From Podarcis muralis (lineage: Eukaryota): a DNA stretch of 64,000 nt. Positions 50,121 to 60,990 of the stretch are shown here, in pieces. Where the stretch lies: the NCBI RefSeq assembly GCF_964188315.1, contig NC_135667.1, positions 25,978,001-26,042,000 on the forward strand, given 5' to 3'. The notes under the pieces are model-generated. The model worked only from the letters and a program-made list of their open reading frames with translations, made no database searches and was not told the origin of the DNA. The number at the start of each line of letters is the position of its first letter. Position 1 is the first letter of the stretch. The translations under genes were made by a program, and so were the position numbers.

Positions 50121-50228
50121 TACAGGTAGAAGACAGAAGGTGCTTCTTAAAATGTATTTGATGAGCAAATGCCAGTTTGTCATTTGAAAACACCAACTAC
50201 ATGAACTTTGGAAAAGAATTAAATATCT

Positions 50229-51158
50229 TCATTTGTTAAATTTTCTGCACAACATATTGTGTAGCGCTCTCTTCACTTCTTGGTTACGGAGGCTGTAGAT
50301 GATGGCGTTTAACATGGGTATCACAATAAAGTAAATGACAGAGGGAGCCATTTCCTGATCCTGAGAGTTCTTTGAGGTTGGCTTCAAGTACCTGAAGAAA
50401 ATTGTTCCATAGTACAGCACAACAACTGTCACGTGAGATGTGCAAGTGGAAAAAGCCTTGCGTTTCCCTTCTATGGAGCGTATCCTCAAGACAGCGGAGA
50501 TGATGTGAATATAGGAAGCCAGTGTGATGAAGAGAGCCCCCATCCCTAAAAATGAACCAAGGGTGAAAATCACCATTTGGTTTGCAAAAGTGCTGCTACA
50601 GGAAAGTTTGAACAGTTGTGGGGCTTCACAGCTGAAGTGATGGATTACATTGGCCCTGCAGAAGTGCAGAGTTGTTAGCAGAAGGGTGTTCAGTAGAGCA
50701 TAGAGAAAGCCAGTGAGTAACGCACTGCACACCAGCTGCGAACAGACCCGTTTGCTCATCATCACGTTATAATGCAAGGGGTGACAGATGGCTGTGTACC
50801 GATCATACGCCATCACAGAGAGGAGGAGACCCTCTCCCACTGAAAGCGCCATGACAAAGAAGACCTGGGTAAAACAACAATCAACCGTGATTGCTTTTCT
50901 GGCTGAAAGGAAGTCTTCTAACATTTTAGGAACTGTAACAGAAGAAAAAGCAATATCAAGGGAAGCCAAATGAGAAAGGAAGACATACATGGGAGTGTGA
51001 AGATTAGCATCCATTCTTATAGCCAAAATGATGGCTAGGTTGCCAAACAGAGTTATCAAATAAATCAACAGGAAGATTGCAAAGAGTAAGATCCGGAGCT
51101 TTGGATCACTGGAGAAGCCTAAGAGGATGAACTCAGTGATGTGGGTTTGATTATCCAT
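50229..51158 (-). CDS. Olfactory receptor, OR8S1/OR5V-like, 309 aa (MDNQT...)
   Basis: LHTPMYVFL, MAYDRYTAIC, KAFSTCTSH; TM7 reads PMLNAIIYSLRN; acceptor tttctacAG at 51178-51179 separates the ORF-track start from ATG 51158. Confidence 0.92.
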   Translation of the reverse strand: MDNQTHITEFILLGFSSDPKLRILLFAIFLLIYLITLFGNLAIILAIRMDANLHTPMYVFLSHLASLDIAFSSVTVPKMLEDFLSARKAITVDCCFTQVFFVMALSVGEGLLLSVMAYDRYTAICHPLHYNVMMSKRVCSQLVCSALLTGFLYALLNTLLLTTLHFCRANVIHHFSCEAPQLFKLSCSSTFANQMVIFTLGSFLGMGALFITLASYIHIISAVLRIRSIEGKRKAFSTCTSHVTVVVLYYGTIFFRYLKPTSKNSQDQEMAPSVIYFIVIPMLNAIIYSLRNQEVKRALHNMLCRKFNK

Positions 51159-51589
51159 ATGTGCACAGTGTTTCCTCCTGTAGAAAGCACAGAAAAACAA
51201 CAAAACAAAAAAGTGTTTTATATGTGTTTTGTAAGATTTGAAGAAACTTTCCCCCAGTCCAACTGGGAGACATAGATAATTTATGCATGGGTCACATCCA
51301 CGTCAGGGCAAAAAGTCCAAACATTAATATATACCGATGGGGCCTAAGCTGGCAGTGACTAACCAGGAAATAATCTACCATCATAGCTGAGATAGATGTC
51401 TTGAAGAAAACATTGACTCAGCATGCAATAGCTGTGGGGGAAATGTGAGTCAAAGGGGGGGCATTTTTTGTGAATGTATAAACTACAGTGGAAGACTCCA
51501 AAGGTGATGTGTAATTTAGAATAATAAAACCAATAAATAAGAACAATGCAACCATAAAAGCAGTTTTGAAAAATCCTTGATTAACATCA

Positions 51590-52700
51590 CCAAAGGACCC
51601 ATTCCAATCCAGCTTCCGCTCTGGTCATGGGACCGAGACGACTCTGGTCGCCCTAACAGATGATCTCCGTAGGCAGCTGGATCAAGGCGGGTCGGGGCTG
51701 CTGATTCTTTTAGACCTGTCAGCAGCCTTCAACATGGTCAATCACGAACTCCTGGACCCCCGCCTCGCCGACGTGGGGATCCAGGGCACATTCCTTCAAT
51801 GGCTGCGCTCATTTCTCTCTGGTTGGGGACAGAGGGTGGCACTTTGGGGGGGGACTGTCGTCGCGCCACTCCTTGGTGTGTGGAGTGCCGCAGGGTGCGA
51901 TAGTCTCCCCGATGTTTTTAAACATCTTTATGCGCCCCCTCGCCCAGCTTGTCCGGAGTTTTGGGTTGGGCTGCCATTAGTATGCTGATGACACCCAACT
52001 CTATCTGTTGATGGATGGCCATCCTGACTCAGCCCTAGACACACTGATCAGATGTTTGAAAGCTGTGGCTGGATGGTTACATGGGAGCCTGTTGAAGTTA
52101 AATCCTTCGAAGACAGAGGTCCTTTGGCTGGGTCGAGATGATATGGGATTGGGGGGGGGCAGCTCCCATCTCTTGCAGGGGTGCAATTTGACACTTCCCT
52201 TTCCATGGAGACGCAGATTGCAGCTATAACAAAGGTGACATTTTTTCATCTCCGGCAAGCTAAGCAGTTGGTTCCTTACCTCTCTTGCCCTGACCTAGCC
52301 ACTGTGATCCACGCAACGGTCACCTCCAGACTGGATTATTGTAACTTGCTCTCATGGGGCTGCACTTGAGACTGACCCAGAAACTCCAGAGGGTGCAGAA
52401 TGCCGCGGTGAGACTCCTTACGGGGTCCTCACTGCGGGATCACATTCACCCAATGCTATACCAGCTGCACTGGCTCCCGGTGGAGTACAGGATCAGGTTT
52501 AAGGTGCTGCTTTTAACCTTCAAAGCCCTTGTACCTACAGGACCGCCTCCCCTGGTATGCTCCAGAACTCTTGCCCAATGGTTGCCATTAATCTGATTTG
52601 AACTGATTTTATAATGAAATGATTTTAAAATGTTGTATCATTTTACTGTTGTTATCTGCTCTGAGCCCGGCTTTGGCTGGGGAGGGCGGGATATAAATAA

Positions 52701-52745
<45 letters not shown>
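51590..52745 (+). mobile_element. L2-type LINE 3' fragment (RT domain with frameshifts), (ATT)n tail
   Basis: FQSSFRSGHGTETTLV, LDLSAAF, YADD (about 51981), SRLDYCN, HWLPVEYRI; (ATT)n at about 52701-52745. Confidence 0.88.
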
Positions 52746-53526
52746 GGTGTACTCTTAAGGGTAATTCTCACACATTGTTGCATATAAAAGTAACCTATGG
52801 TTTGTACAAGTTCTGGGGTGGGAGCACTTGCAGCAGATAAAGCTCAGGAAAAGTCATAAAGATACAATTAAATCCATCTGTGAAATAAACTAGAATGCCT
52901 GTGCAGTTTTCTAAAATGTTTGCCAGACCCTAAGGAAAAAAACAGGCTTGGAACCAAGCAAACTTTTCCGAGGAGAGCTTTCCACGTGTGGATTTCATGG
53001 TCAGACAGAAACCTGGCCAACTGAGATAATATGCACACACGGGTGTGTTTGGACGGGATCGGATGGAGAATAATGCTGATGAGGAATAAAGGGTTGATGC
53101 AGAAAAGGGCAACAAAAATAATCAAGCAACTGAAACTCCATGAAGCATTTGAGTTTGCTTCCTTGTTTTTAGTTAGCAAAATATGACTTGGGGCACTTAT
53201 TGGAGGCTGTCATAATTAGCAATGGTGTGCAGAAAGTAGATAGAGTTAAATTTTCTCTTTCTCTTGATCTTGGGTTAATCCAATAAAATTGATTGCTAGC
53301 AGACTCATGAGGCATGAAAGTGTTTCTATGGAATTTGTGCCCATAAGATTGTTTTGTATGCCCTTTTCTTAAATACATTTTCCAGCTCTCTGATGAAATA
53401 TGGCAACCAGCACTGTGCACAGCATTCTAATTTCACATTAAGAGCTCCCTCTATCCCACATAGACTTCAACAATATTCTTGATTCATACAACCACTAAAC
53501 CTATCAATCTATCACACTATGTAACC

Positions 53527-53705
53527 CAGGGGTAGTCAACCTTTTTATACCTACTAATGCATCTTTCTTGATGGTAAAATTTCCTTACGGCCCACCAGTG
53601 CTCGATGGAAGGAGGATTCAGCTTGTGCCGTAGAACCCCCTACCACTCACCTAGAATCCTGAAATGCCCACTAGTGGGTGGTTGGGACCAGGTTGACAAC
53701 CCCTG
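53527..53705. mobile_element. hAT MITE, 179 bp, perfect 8-bp TSD
   Basis: TIR caggggtagtcaacct / aggttgacaacccctg; atgtaacc at 53519-53526 and 53706-53713. Confidence 0.92.
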
Positions 53706-54689
53706 ATGTAACCAGATATTAATTCAGATACATACCACTAGATAAAGCTTTATTATTTCTGCTTTTTCTTGCAACCATCTTGACATCATTACAGTTAGAG
53801 ATGAAGAAATGGCTTCCCTGTGCTTTCTTTGAAGAAGGTTTCTTCTGAAGAAGCTTTCTTCAGGTTTTTTGTTTCCTTAAGCTTAGCTGTGGTCCTATAT
53901 GATTAGCTTCATAACCTAACTATAGGACACAGGGGTAGCAATCCCCAGGGTTCTACAGTGAGCACCATATATTCTGTATGCTTTACCTAAAAACGTCACT
54001 GCAAATGTGCACTGTTACTATGTATTATTTCCCTCCTGCAATTTTCTTTAAAAATGTGAGCAATCCTCAGGAGCAAAACACAGATAAGATTCTCCCTTAC
54101 CCTTCCCTTGTGCATTATATAGGGATGTTTTCATTTGCTATCAAATTATGCTCAGTAAAGAAAATTGTGAATAAGTAAACGATTCAATTGTTTTAAAATT
54201 TGATTAATAATTTGAAAAATCCCCCTTTGGTTTATAGCCCCATTACCAGGTGATAAAGTTGAGGGAGGGTTATGTTTTGTTTTTGCTTTTTTCCAGTTGG
54301 GGGTCTTTACAGAAGTCTTCATTGAATTTTGTGGGAAGAGGTAAAAATGCCCTCAAAATATTGTATTACTTTTCAAGGGATGGGAATCACCAAACTTTCA
54401 GGTCAGGTGTGGATCTTTGCCTCTGCCTGTTATGTTTCTGAAGGCTGACTTGCTTCAGATAGAAGTTAGTCATTTATTGTCACGGGTGCAATGCTATGAA
54501 ATGGTTTTTCCAACAATGATCCTTACTGCTCAATTCCTTTTTATGCTGAGAGGCCTATTCAGTCATTTATTTATTTTTAAATGAGCCTATGTTTTTATGG
54601 TATTTTATACTCCATTGATTTTGTATGCATTGTTGTATACCACTTTAACATATTTTATATGAACAGGTGATTTGCTAATATTATGATAA

Positions 54690-55550
54690 ATTGGGTCCTC
54701 CCTTAAAGAGGGCACATATTGCAGTGAGACCTGGAAACCGACACCCTGTGTTGTGGGTGGGTATGATTGGTCAGCCACAACACCCAATTGGTAGGTCCTT
54801 CATTGCTGCGTGCAATCTGGCCAATGGGACACAGTCCAAATGGTTCAAGGGACCTATTTATACCAATGCATGTGACCCAGAGCTTCCTCTTTCGGCACAT
54901 GCATTTGAAACACCAACAGCGTGTCCTCTGTGAGCCAAGAGAGAGTGATTTAGCTGCCAACGAGAGGGCCAGAAGGCGCATCCAGAGCACAGTGGCCAAG
55001 AAGGTTCTGGCCCTGGGCGGGATGGTGATCCGTCACCTGGGCATTACCTTCCGAGATGCGTCCCTTTACAGGCTTGATGGAATCCATCTCTCTGTGATTG
55101 GGAATGATTTATGGCTGACCGCAGTGTCAGCGGGGTTAAGAGATTGGTTACAGGTGTGATTGGTTGGTGGTGAGCATGGGTGCTTGTGTGGTGGATAGGC
55201 TCTGGTTCAGGTGATAGGGATGGGAGAACGCTCTGGCCATCCCTATGTGAAGGGTATTCCGTTAAATGATTCCAGGGACTCAATGGTTTGGTCAACCCCT
55301 GAGAGGGGGTTGTGCCCGTGCCTGAGTCCAGGGGGACATTTGTGTGGCGGAGATAGCCTGTTCCCGGCTTTCCACTTATCCAGGTGTTCACCCTTGGCTG
55401 ACCTATGCTGGATCCCTGGGTCAGCTCTACCTGCATGGCAGGGAGCTAGTTGAACCAGAGCCTATGCAACCAGTCACTTTCTGTAATCAATAAAGTTGTG
55501 GCCTAAATTCTGCCAAAAACCAAAATTTGAGTCAAGCGTGAATTTATTTA
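54690..55550 (+). mobile_element. Probable 3' fragment of an Ngaro/DIRS-group retroelement (SGNH hydrolase-like C-terminus plus terminal repeat)
   Basis: ARRRIQ.TVAKKV...GGMVIRH...YRLDGIHLSVIGNDLW then stop, a GC-rich non-coding segment and caataaagttgtggcc; family assignment from memory. Confidence 0.55.
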
Positions 55551-55930
55551 GAGGGGAGGTTTCTGGGTCTGAAAACGCAAATAATGATTAAGTGTATGTT
55601 AGGGTGCCCTCAACAGCCCAGGGTTCTTCCCTCAAAATATGGAACTGAATGCCCCATGAGAACAACACTATGGTATGATGTAGCGTCATATTTTTACAGA
55701 GTAACAAAAACACAGGGTTTTATCCCCAAACAGTGCCTCCAAGTCCCATTTCAGGAAAGTGGCCCAGAAGGATACCATGGCTGACGGTACTGAAAACCAC
55801 TGAGAGGTCCAACAGAACTAGCAGGAACATACTCTCTGCATCTAATTCCTGGTGTAATTCATCAATCATGGTGACCAAAGCCTTCTGTCCCATAAGCAGA
55901 CCTGAAACCAGATTGAAATGGATCTAGATA

Positions 55931-56164
55931 CAGTGGTACCTCTGGTTATGAACGGTTCTGGAGGTCCGTTCTTAATCTGAAACCATTCTTAACCTGAGGT
56001 ACCACTTTAGCTAATGCGGCCTTCCACTGCCACTGCCGCCGCCACACGATTTCTGTTCTCATCCCGAGGTAAAGTTCTTAACCCGAGGTACTACTTCTGG
56101 GTTAGTGGAGTTTGTAACCCGAAGTGTTTGTAACCCGAGGTGTTTGTGACCCGAAGTACCACTG
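55931..56164. mobile_element. Tigger-like MITE (family of 14599-14840, opposite orientation), TA TSD
   Basis: cagtggtacc / agtaccactg TIRs with TA on both sides. Confidence 0.88.
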
Positions 56165-57569
56165 TAATTTGTTTCCTCCAGAAACCCCTGGTACTGACAT
56201 GCATTTATTGCATTTATATACCACTTTTTCCTCCAAAGAGATCTTTGTTATTTTTAACTTTTATGAAGTTTACTTTTGAGTAAACAGGATTAGGAGTAAA
56301 GCCTTATTTTAATTTCCAGTTTATGTTCAGGTTATAATTTGCATATGAAAAGTGCCACTCCTTCAATTGCCACAGGAGCCCAACAAAATGTCTGAAGAGA
56401 GATCTCTACCCGCCCAACAGCCATTCTCCTCTCCTGCCTCTGACCATAAACTTTCCGCCTTAAGTGGGACTCAGTGGTGCCAGTTCTAAATTAAACTTAC
56501 TATTTTATTTTATAAGACCATGAAAAATAAGAGATTATTGTGCAACAAATTTGTGATGAATACTACATATACTATCAGAGTGCCTAGTTGCGATTCTGTG
56601 ATAGCATCCCCATTAATGCTTTCTTTAAAATAACCACTAGATGGAAGCACAAGCTAGAGAATAATCACAGAAATGTTTGCGTAAGAATGCTTTGAAGGAA
56701 AGGAATCATAATTTGGGAGAAGAAAGGATTTCTTCCGTTAGAAATGATAAATACTAATCATTTTCACAATTGCGGTCTAATCTGTACCACACAGGAAGCT
56801 ATGTTTTCTGTTTCCTCTTGAAGGTAGTGAGAACCACTACACTGTACCTAGAAACCTGTTTGAAAAAGTAAAAAGTCCAGCACACCACAGAGTTGTCCTA
56901 AAAGCCAGCTAGTTCCCCAACACACATACCTATACCACTTGAAACATTAAAACATCTGGACCCTAAATTTGATAAATAAGCTCTCCCCCCCCCCCATGGA
57001 CATACTGTATACTGTGGGAATTAAAAAAAAATGGATGCAGATCATGATCTTTTAATGAATCTCTATTTAATGCAAATGTTATCCATTCATCCTTTGGTGT
57101 CAGTTGCCTGGATTATACCCTGATCCTTTTTTAGTGCTACGATATCAAACAACTTCCATGAATCATCCTTAAAAATGGTAACAGTAACATGACTTGTGCT
57201 GAGACTGTGGCCTCTTCATGCTGTTGGGACATCTACATAACATCACACATACACATATCTAACCGTCACCGTGAGATTCCTCACTCAGTTGAACAATTGT
57301 CCGTGGTACTTTTTAGTGCCACCCTTTTGCACTGCAGATGTCCAGAAGGTGGTATTACAGCTACCAACTCAGAAGATGTCAGGTGACGAAAGGAGCAATT
57401 GAATTCGACCTAGAATGGGTGCTAACGGATTATCTGAACAATCTGTTGCTCAAACACAGGTAGAACTGCTTTGCTTTTTCACTGACTATTAAAATATATT
57501 AAGTGTCCATCTATACGTATCATTGTAACACGGACTACCTAATATTTTAGATAGACTACTTCCTGGTGA

Positions 57570-57850
57570 AGTTTGGACTCATGACAGTTATCCGCCATGA
57601 CAAGAGTGGGAGACTGATGAAGATGGTCTGCCCTTCAAGATTTATGGATCCTAATGTATCCCTGAATGCTCTGGGGGACTTTCCAGTGGATAGAGCAGGT
57701 GATCCTGTTGAGGCACCCATCTCACTGTGGAATGGTGAGATGCAGAAGGCTACTAACATCATCACTCCCGAGTGCCCATAATGCCCCCTGGTACTCTATT
57801 GTTGCATGTGATAAGATATGGATGTCACCTAGAGCACTGGCTGTTTAGAT
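57570..57850 (+). mobile_element. L2-type LINE fragment (EN-RT linker)
   Basis: CPSRFMDPNVSLNALGDFP...SLWN resembles the equivalent region of the 48060-49690 L2. Confidence 0.5.
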
Positions 57851-58110
57851 CTTGCTCGAAGCCAACTGAGCATGGGTTACAGCACACAATCGCATCAACA
57901 ATGTGGCAATAAGAGCAGTGAATAAATCTTACTTCATAGTCTCTACTGCCTCCTCAAGTACAGGCATATCTCATTTCATTGTGTTTTGATTTACTGAGCT
58001 TCAGAGACAATCTGGTTTTGAAGGGCTGCTGCAGCTACTGAGTTGGAGACTAAGCTGCTGGTGCCTGTCTTGCAGCACAGTGACTCCTGCTGCTCCTTAC
58101 AAGGATGCAG

Positions 58111-58287
58111 NNNNNNNNNNNNNNNNNNNNNNNNNNNNNNNNNNNNNNNNNNNNNNNNNNNNNNNNNNNNNNNNNNNNNNNNNNNNNNNNNNNNNNNNNN
58201 NNNNNNNNNNNNNNNNNNNNNNNNNNNNNNNNNNNNNNNNNNNNNNNNNNNNNNNNNNNNNNNNNNNNNNNNNNNNNNNNNNNNNNN
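58111..58287. other. Assembly gap (177 N)
   Basis: Run of N. Confidence 1.
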
Positions 58288-58402
58288 GGTTAGTATTTTT
58301 TAGCAATCAAGTATTATTTTTATTTTAAATTAAAGTATATACATTTTTTAAAAAACAAAAACAAAATTCTATTTCACACTTAATAGTCTGCAGTATAATG
58401 TA

Positions 58403-58643
58403 CAGTGGTACCCCGGGTTACATACGCTTCAGGTTACATATGTTTCAGGTTACAGACTCTGCTAACCCAGAAATAGTACCTCGGGTTAAGAACTTTGCTT
58501 CAGGATGAGAACAGAAATTGTGCTCTGGCGGCATGGCAGAAGCGGAAGGCCCCATTAGCTAAAGTGGTCTCCAGGTTAAGAACAGTTTCAGGTTAAGAAC
58601 AGACCTCCGGAATGCATTAAGTACTTAACCCGAGGTACCACTG
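58403..58643. mobile_element. Tigger-like MITE (family of 14599-14840), TA TSD
   Basis: cagtggtacc / ggtaccactg TIRs; TA at 58401-58402 and 58644-58645. Confidence 0.9.
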
Positions 58644-59089
58644 TAAAGGTAACTTATATATTCTTGGGGGGGGGGGGTATAACTTTCTTTATTGAAATAT
58701 TCACTTTATTGTGGTGACCTGGAACTGAACCTGCAATATATTGGAGGTATGCTTGTGATTGTCCCACAGAGCTCTTCTGGCTCATCCAGAATCTGGTCTT
58801 ACCTGGTGTGGTGTGAATAGGACTCTGGAAGCAACAGAGGCCTGCTGTGAAGATAAAGTATTTCACCTCCACAGTGATTTAGATGCAACCATTTTATTTC
58901 AGTCCCAGATAAAATGTTCACTGCTACGTCTTCTCCAACTTCATGGGATCAATTTCTGTTTATGAGGCCTGATTATGTGGCAGGGTGCTTGCAGAGAGAT
59001 GCGTTCAACTACATGCCTTCTTAATTCCTGCTCATCATGGATGAAATTGAGTTGGGGAGGGTGTTTAATAGGTAGGTCCAGGTAACTGC

Positions 59090-60110
59090 CACCTTAAAGG
59101 AAGTATTGGTGCAACTAGTACTAAAAAACCCCATCTCTGGACCCAGTTTATTTTAACATCTATCACCTGGTTGCAAATATTTCCTTTCTGGAGAAGGTGG
59201 TTGAGCTGGCATTCTTAGATGAAACTGATTATCTGGATCCATGGCAGTCTGGGCTCAGGCCTGGGTTTGCAACTGAATTAGCCTTGGGGCCCTTGATAGA
59301 TGAGCTTTATATAGAGAGGGAGAGGAGCAATGAAACCCTGCTACTTCTGCTCAATCTCACAGTGGATATCAACTCCATTAACTATGGTATTCTCCTTGAC
59401 TAAATCTGTGGGATGGGTACTGATGGTTTTGTGATGCACTGTCTTTATTCCTATATGCAGGGTCATGTCCAGACAGTAACAGTGGGAGAATGTTCTTTGG
59501 CTCTCTGGTGTCTATAACATGGTGTGCCACAAGCACTATTTTGTTCCAATGATTTCCCCAATGAAGCTGTGGAAGTGGCCATTAAGTGTTTCGAAGCAAG
59601 GTATCATCAATAAGTTGACGATACCCAAGGCTATTTCTCCATTATATCTGAATCAGTCAAGTGTGTGCAAACCCGGGGCTGGTGCATAAATGCAGTGGTG
59701 AAATAAATGAGGGTCAATAAACCAAACTTGAATATGGAAAGATGGAAGACTTTTGGGTGGGTGGTTCCTATGTCTCAGAGATAGGTCAGCTGCCTATTCT
59801 GACAGGGTGGCACTCCCTCTGAAGGAAAATATATGCAGGGGGAGGGAAATATTCCTTGCTCTGTCACTGTCACCAAGGTCAAAATGACCTCAGTGGCCAG
59901 GAGTGCTTTTTACCAGCTCTGATTGGTATGAAGCTATGACCGTTCCTGGACCATGACAACCTGACAACAGTGGTTCAAGCACTGGTAACCTCAAGATTTG
60001 ATTACTTAACACATTTTATTTGGAACTTCCCTTGATTCTAGCCCAGAGGTTTCAACTTTTTCAGCATGCAGCAGCTAGACTACTCAGGGGAGCAGATTAA
60101 TAGCAACTGG
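59090..60110 (+). mobile_element. Highly decayed L2-type LINE RT fragment
   Basis: LDPWQSGLRPGFATELAL translation; remnants of the YADD and SRLDY regions downstream. Confidence 0.7.
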
Positions 60111-60293
60111 TTACTCCACTTCTGAGAGAGCTGAACTTTTTACCAATTCACTACCAAGCCAGGTTCATCTTTTGGTCCAATTTCCTAAGGGACCACCTAA
60201 TTCCTTATGGTTCAACTTGATTGCTCAAATCCTCTGATGGGGCAATTCTGATGGATCCCCATGGCCTCAAGGTTCAATTGGCATTCACTAGAG

Positions 60294-60429
60294 CAGTGTT
60301 TCCCAACCTTGTGCCTCCAGATGTTTTTGGCCTACAACTCCCATCATCCCTGACTAGCAAGACCAGTGGCAAGGGATGATGGGAATTGTAGGCCAAAAAC
60401 AGCTGGAGGCACAAGGTTGGGAAACACTG
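60294..60429. mobile_element. Palindromic hAT MITE, 136 bp, perfect 8-bp TSD
   Basis: cagtgtttcccaaccttgtgcctccag / ctggaggcacaaggttgggaaacactg; cactagag at 60286-60293 and 60430-60437. Confidence 0.93.
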
Positions 60430-60714
60430 CACTAGAGATTGAGGGTGTAGGCCTCACCCTGTGGAATTTCCTACCAGCAGAGATTTGGCAAGAACCATTG
60501 ATCCTTCCCTTCCTTGGGATGTCATTTGCAAACTTTTGCTGTTGTTGTTTAGATGGGACTTTGCGACCTGACTTTTCTCTCAATTAACCAGCCAGTATTT
60601 CTTGATGGTTCTAATTATTTTTATATGTTGCATTTCAACTTGCTATATTTTATGAATGTATAGATTATAGATTCTTAAATAAGAAAGAGGTGGGTTTAAA
60701 AAAAATACACAAGG

Positions 60715-60990
60715 GCATGGATGATGCCTTCCTAAAGCAGCTTACCAAACATTCGAAAAGGAGAGATGCAATATTCATGGGAGTCTTAAACAACTCCGAC
60801 ATCTGCTGGAACTCAAAATCTGCCAAGAATGTAAGGTCCAACAAATTCCTCTATGTCAATTTCATCTCCCAGAAGGCGGCAGAAGCAACAAGGGTATCAT
60901 CTCTCTTGAACTTGGTCCTCACCAACAGGAAGGAACTGATCAATGAGGTGAAATTTCAGGGAGCCTTGGGAGGAAGTGGCCATGTCCTTT
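60715..60990 (+). mobile_element. CR1 LINE endonuclease-domain fragment
   Basis: MGVLNNSDICW...RSNKFL...LNLVLTN..ELI.EV...GALGGSGH resembles the CR1 APE domain (MGDFNYPDICW...LG.SDH). Confidence 0.75.
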
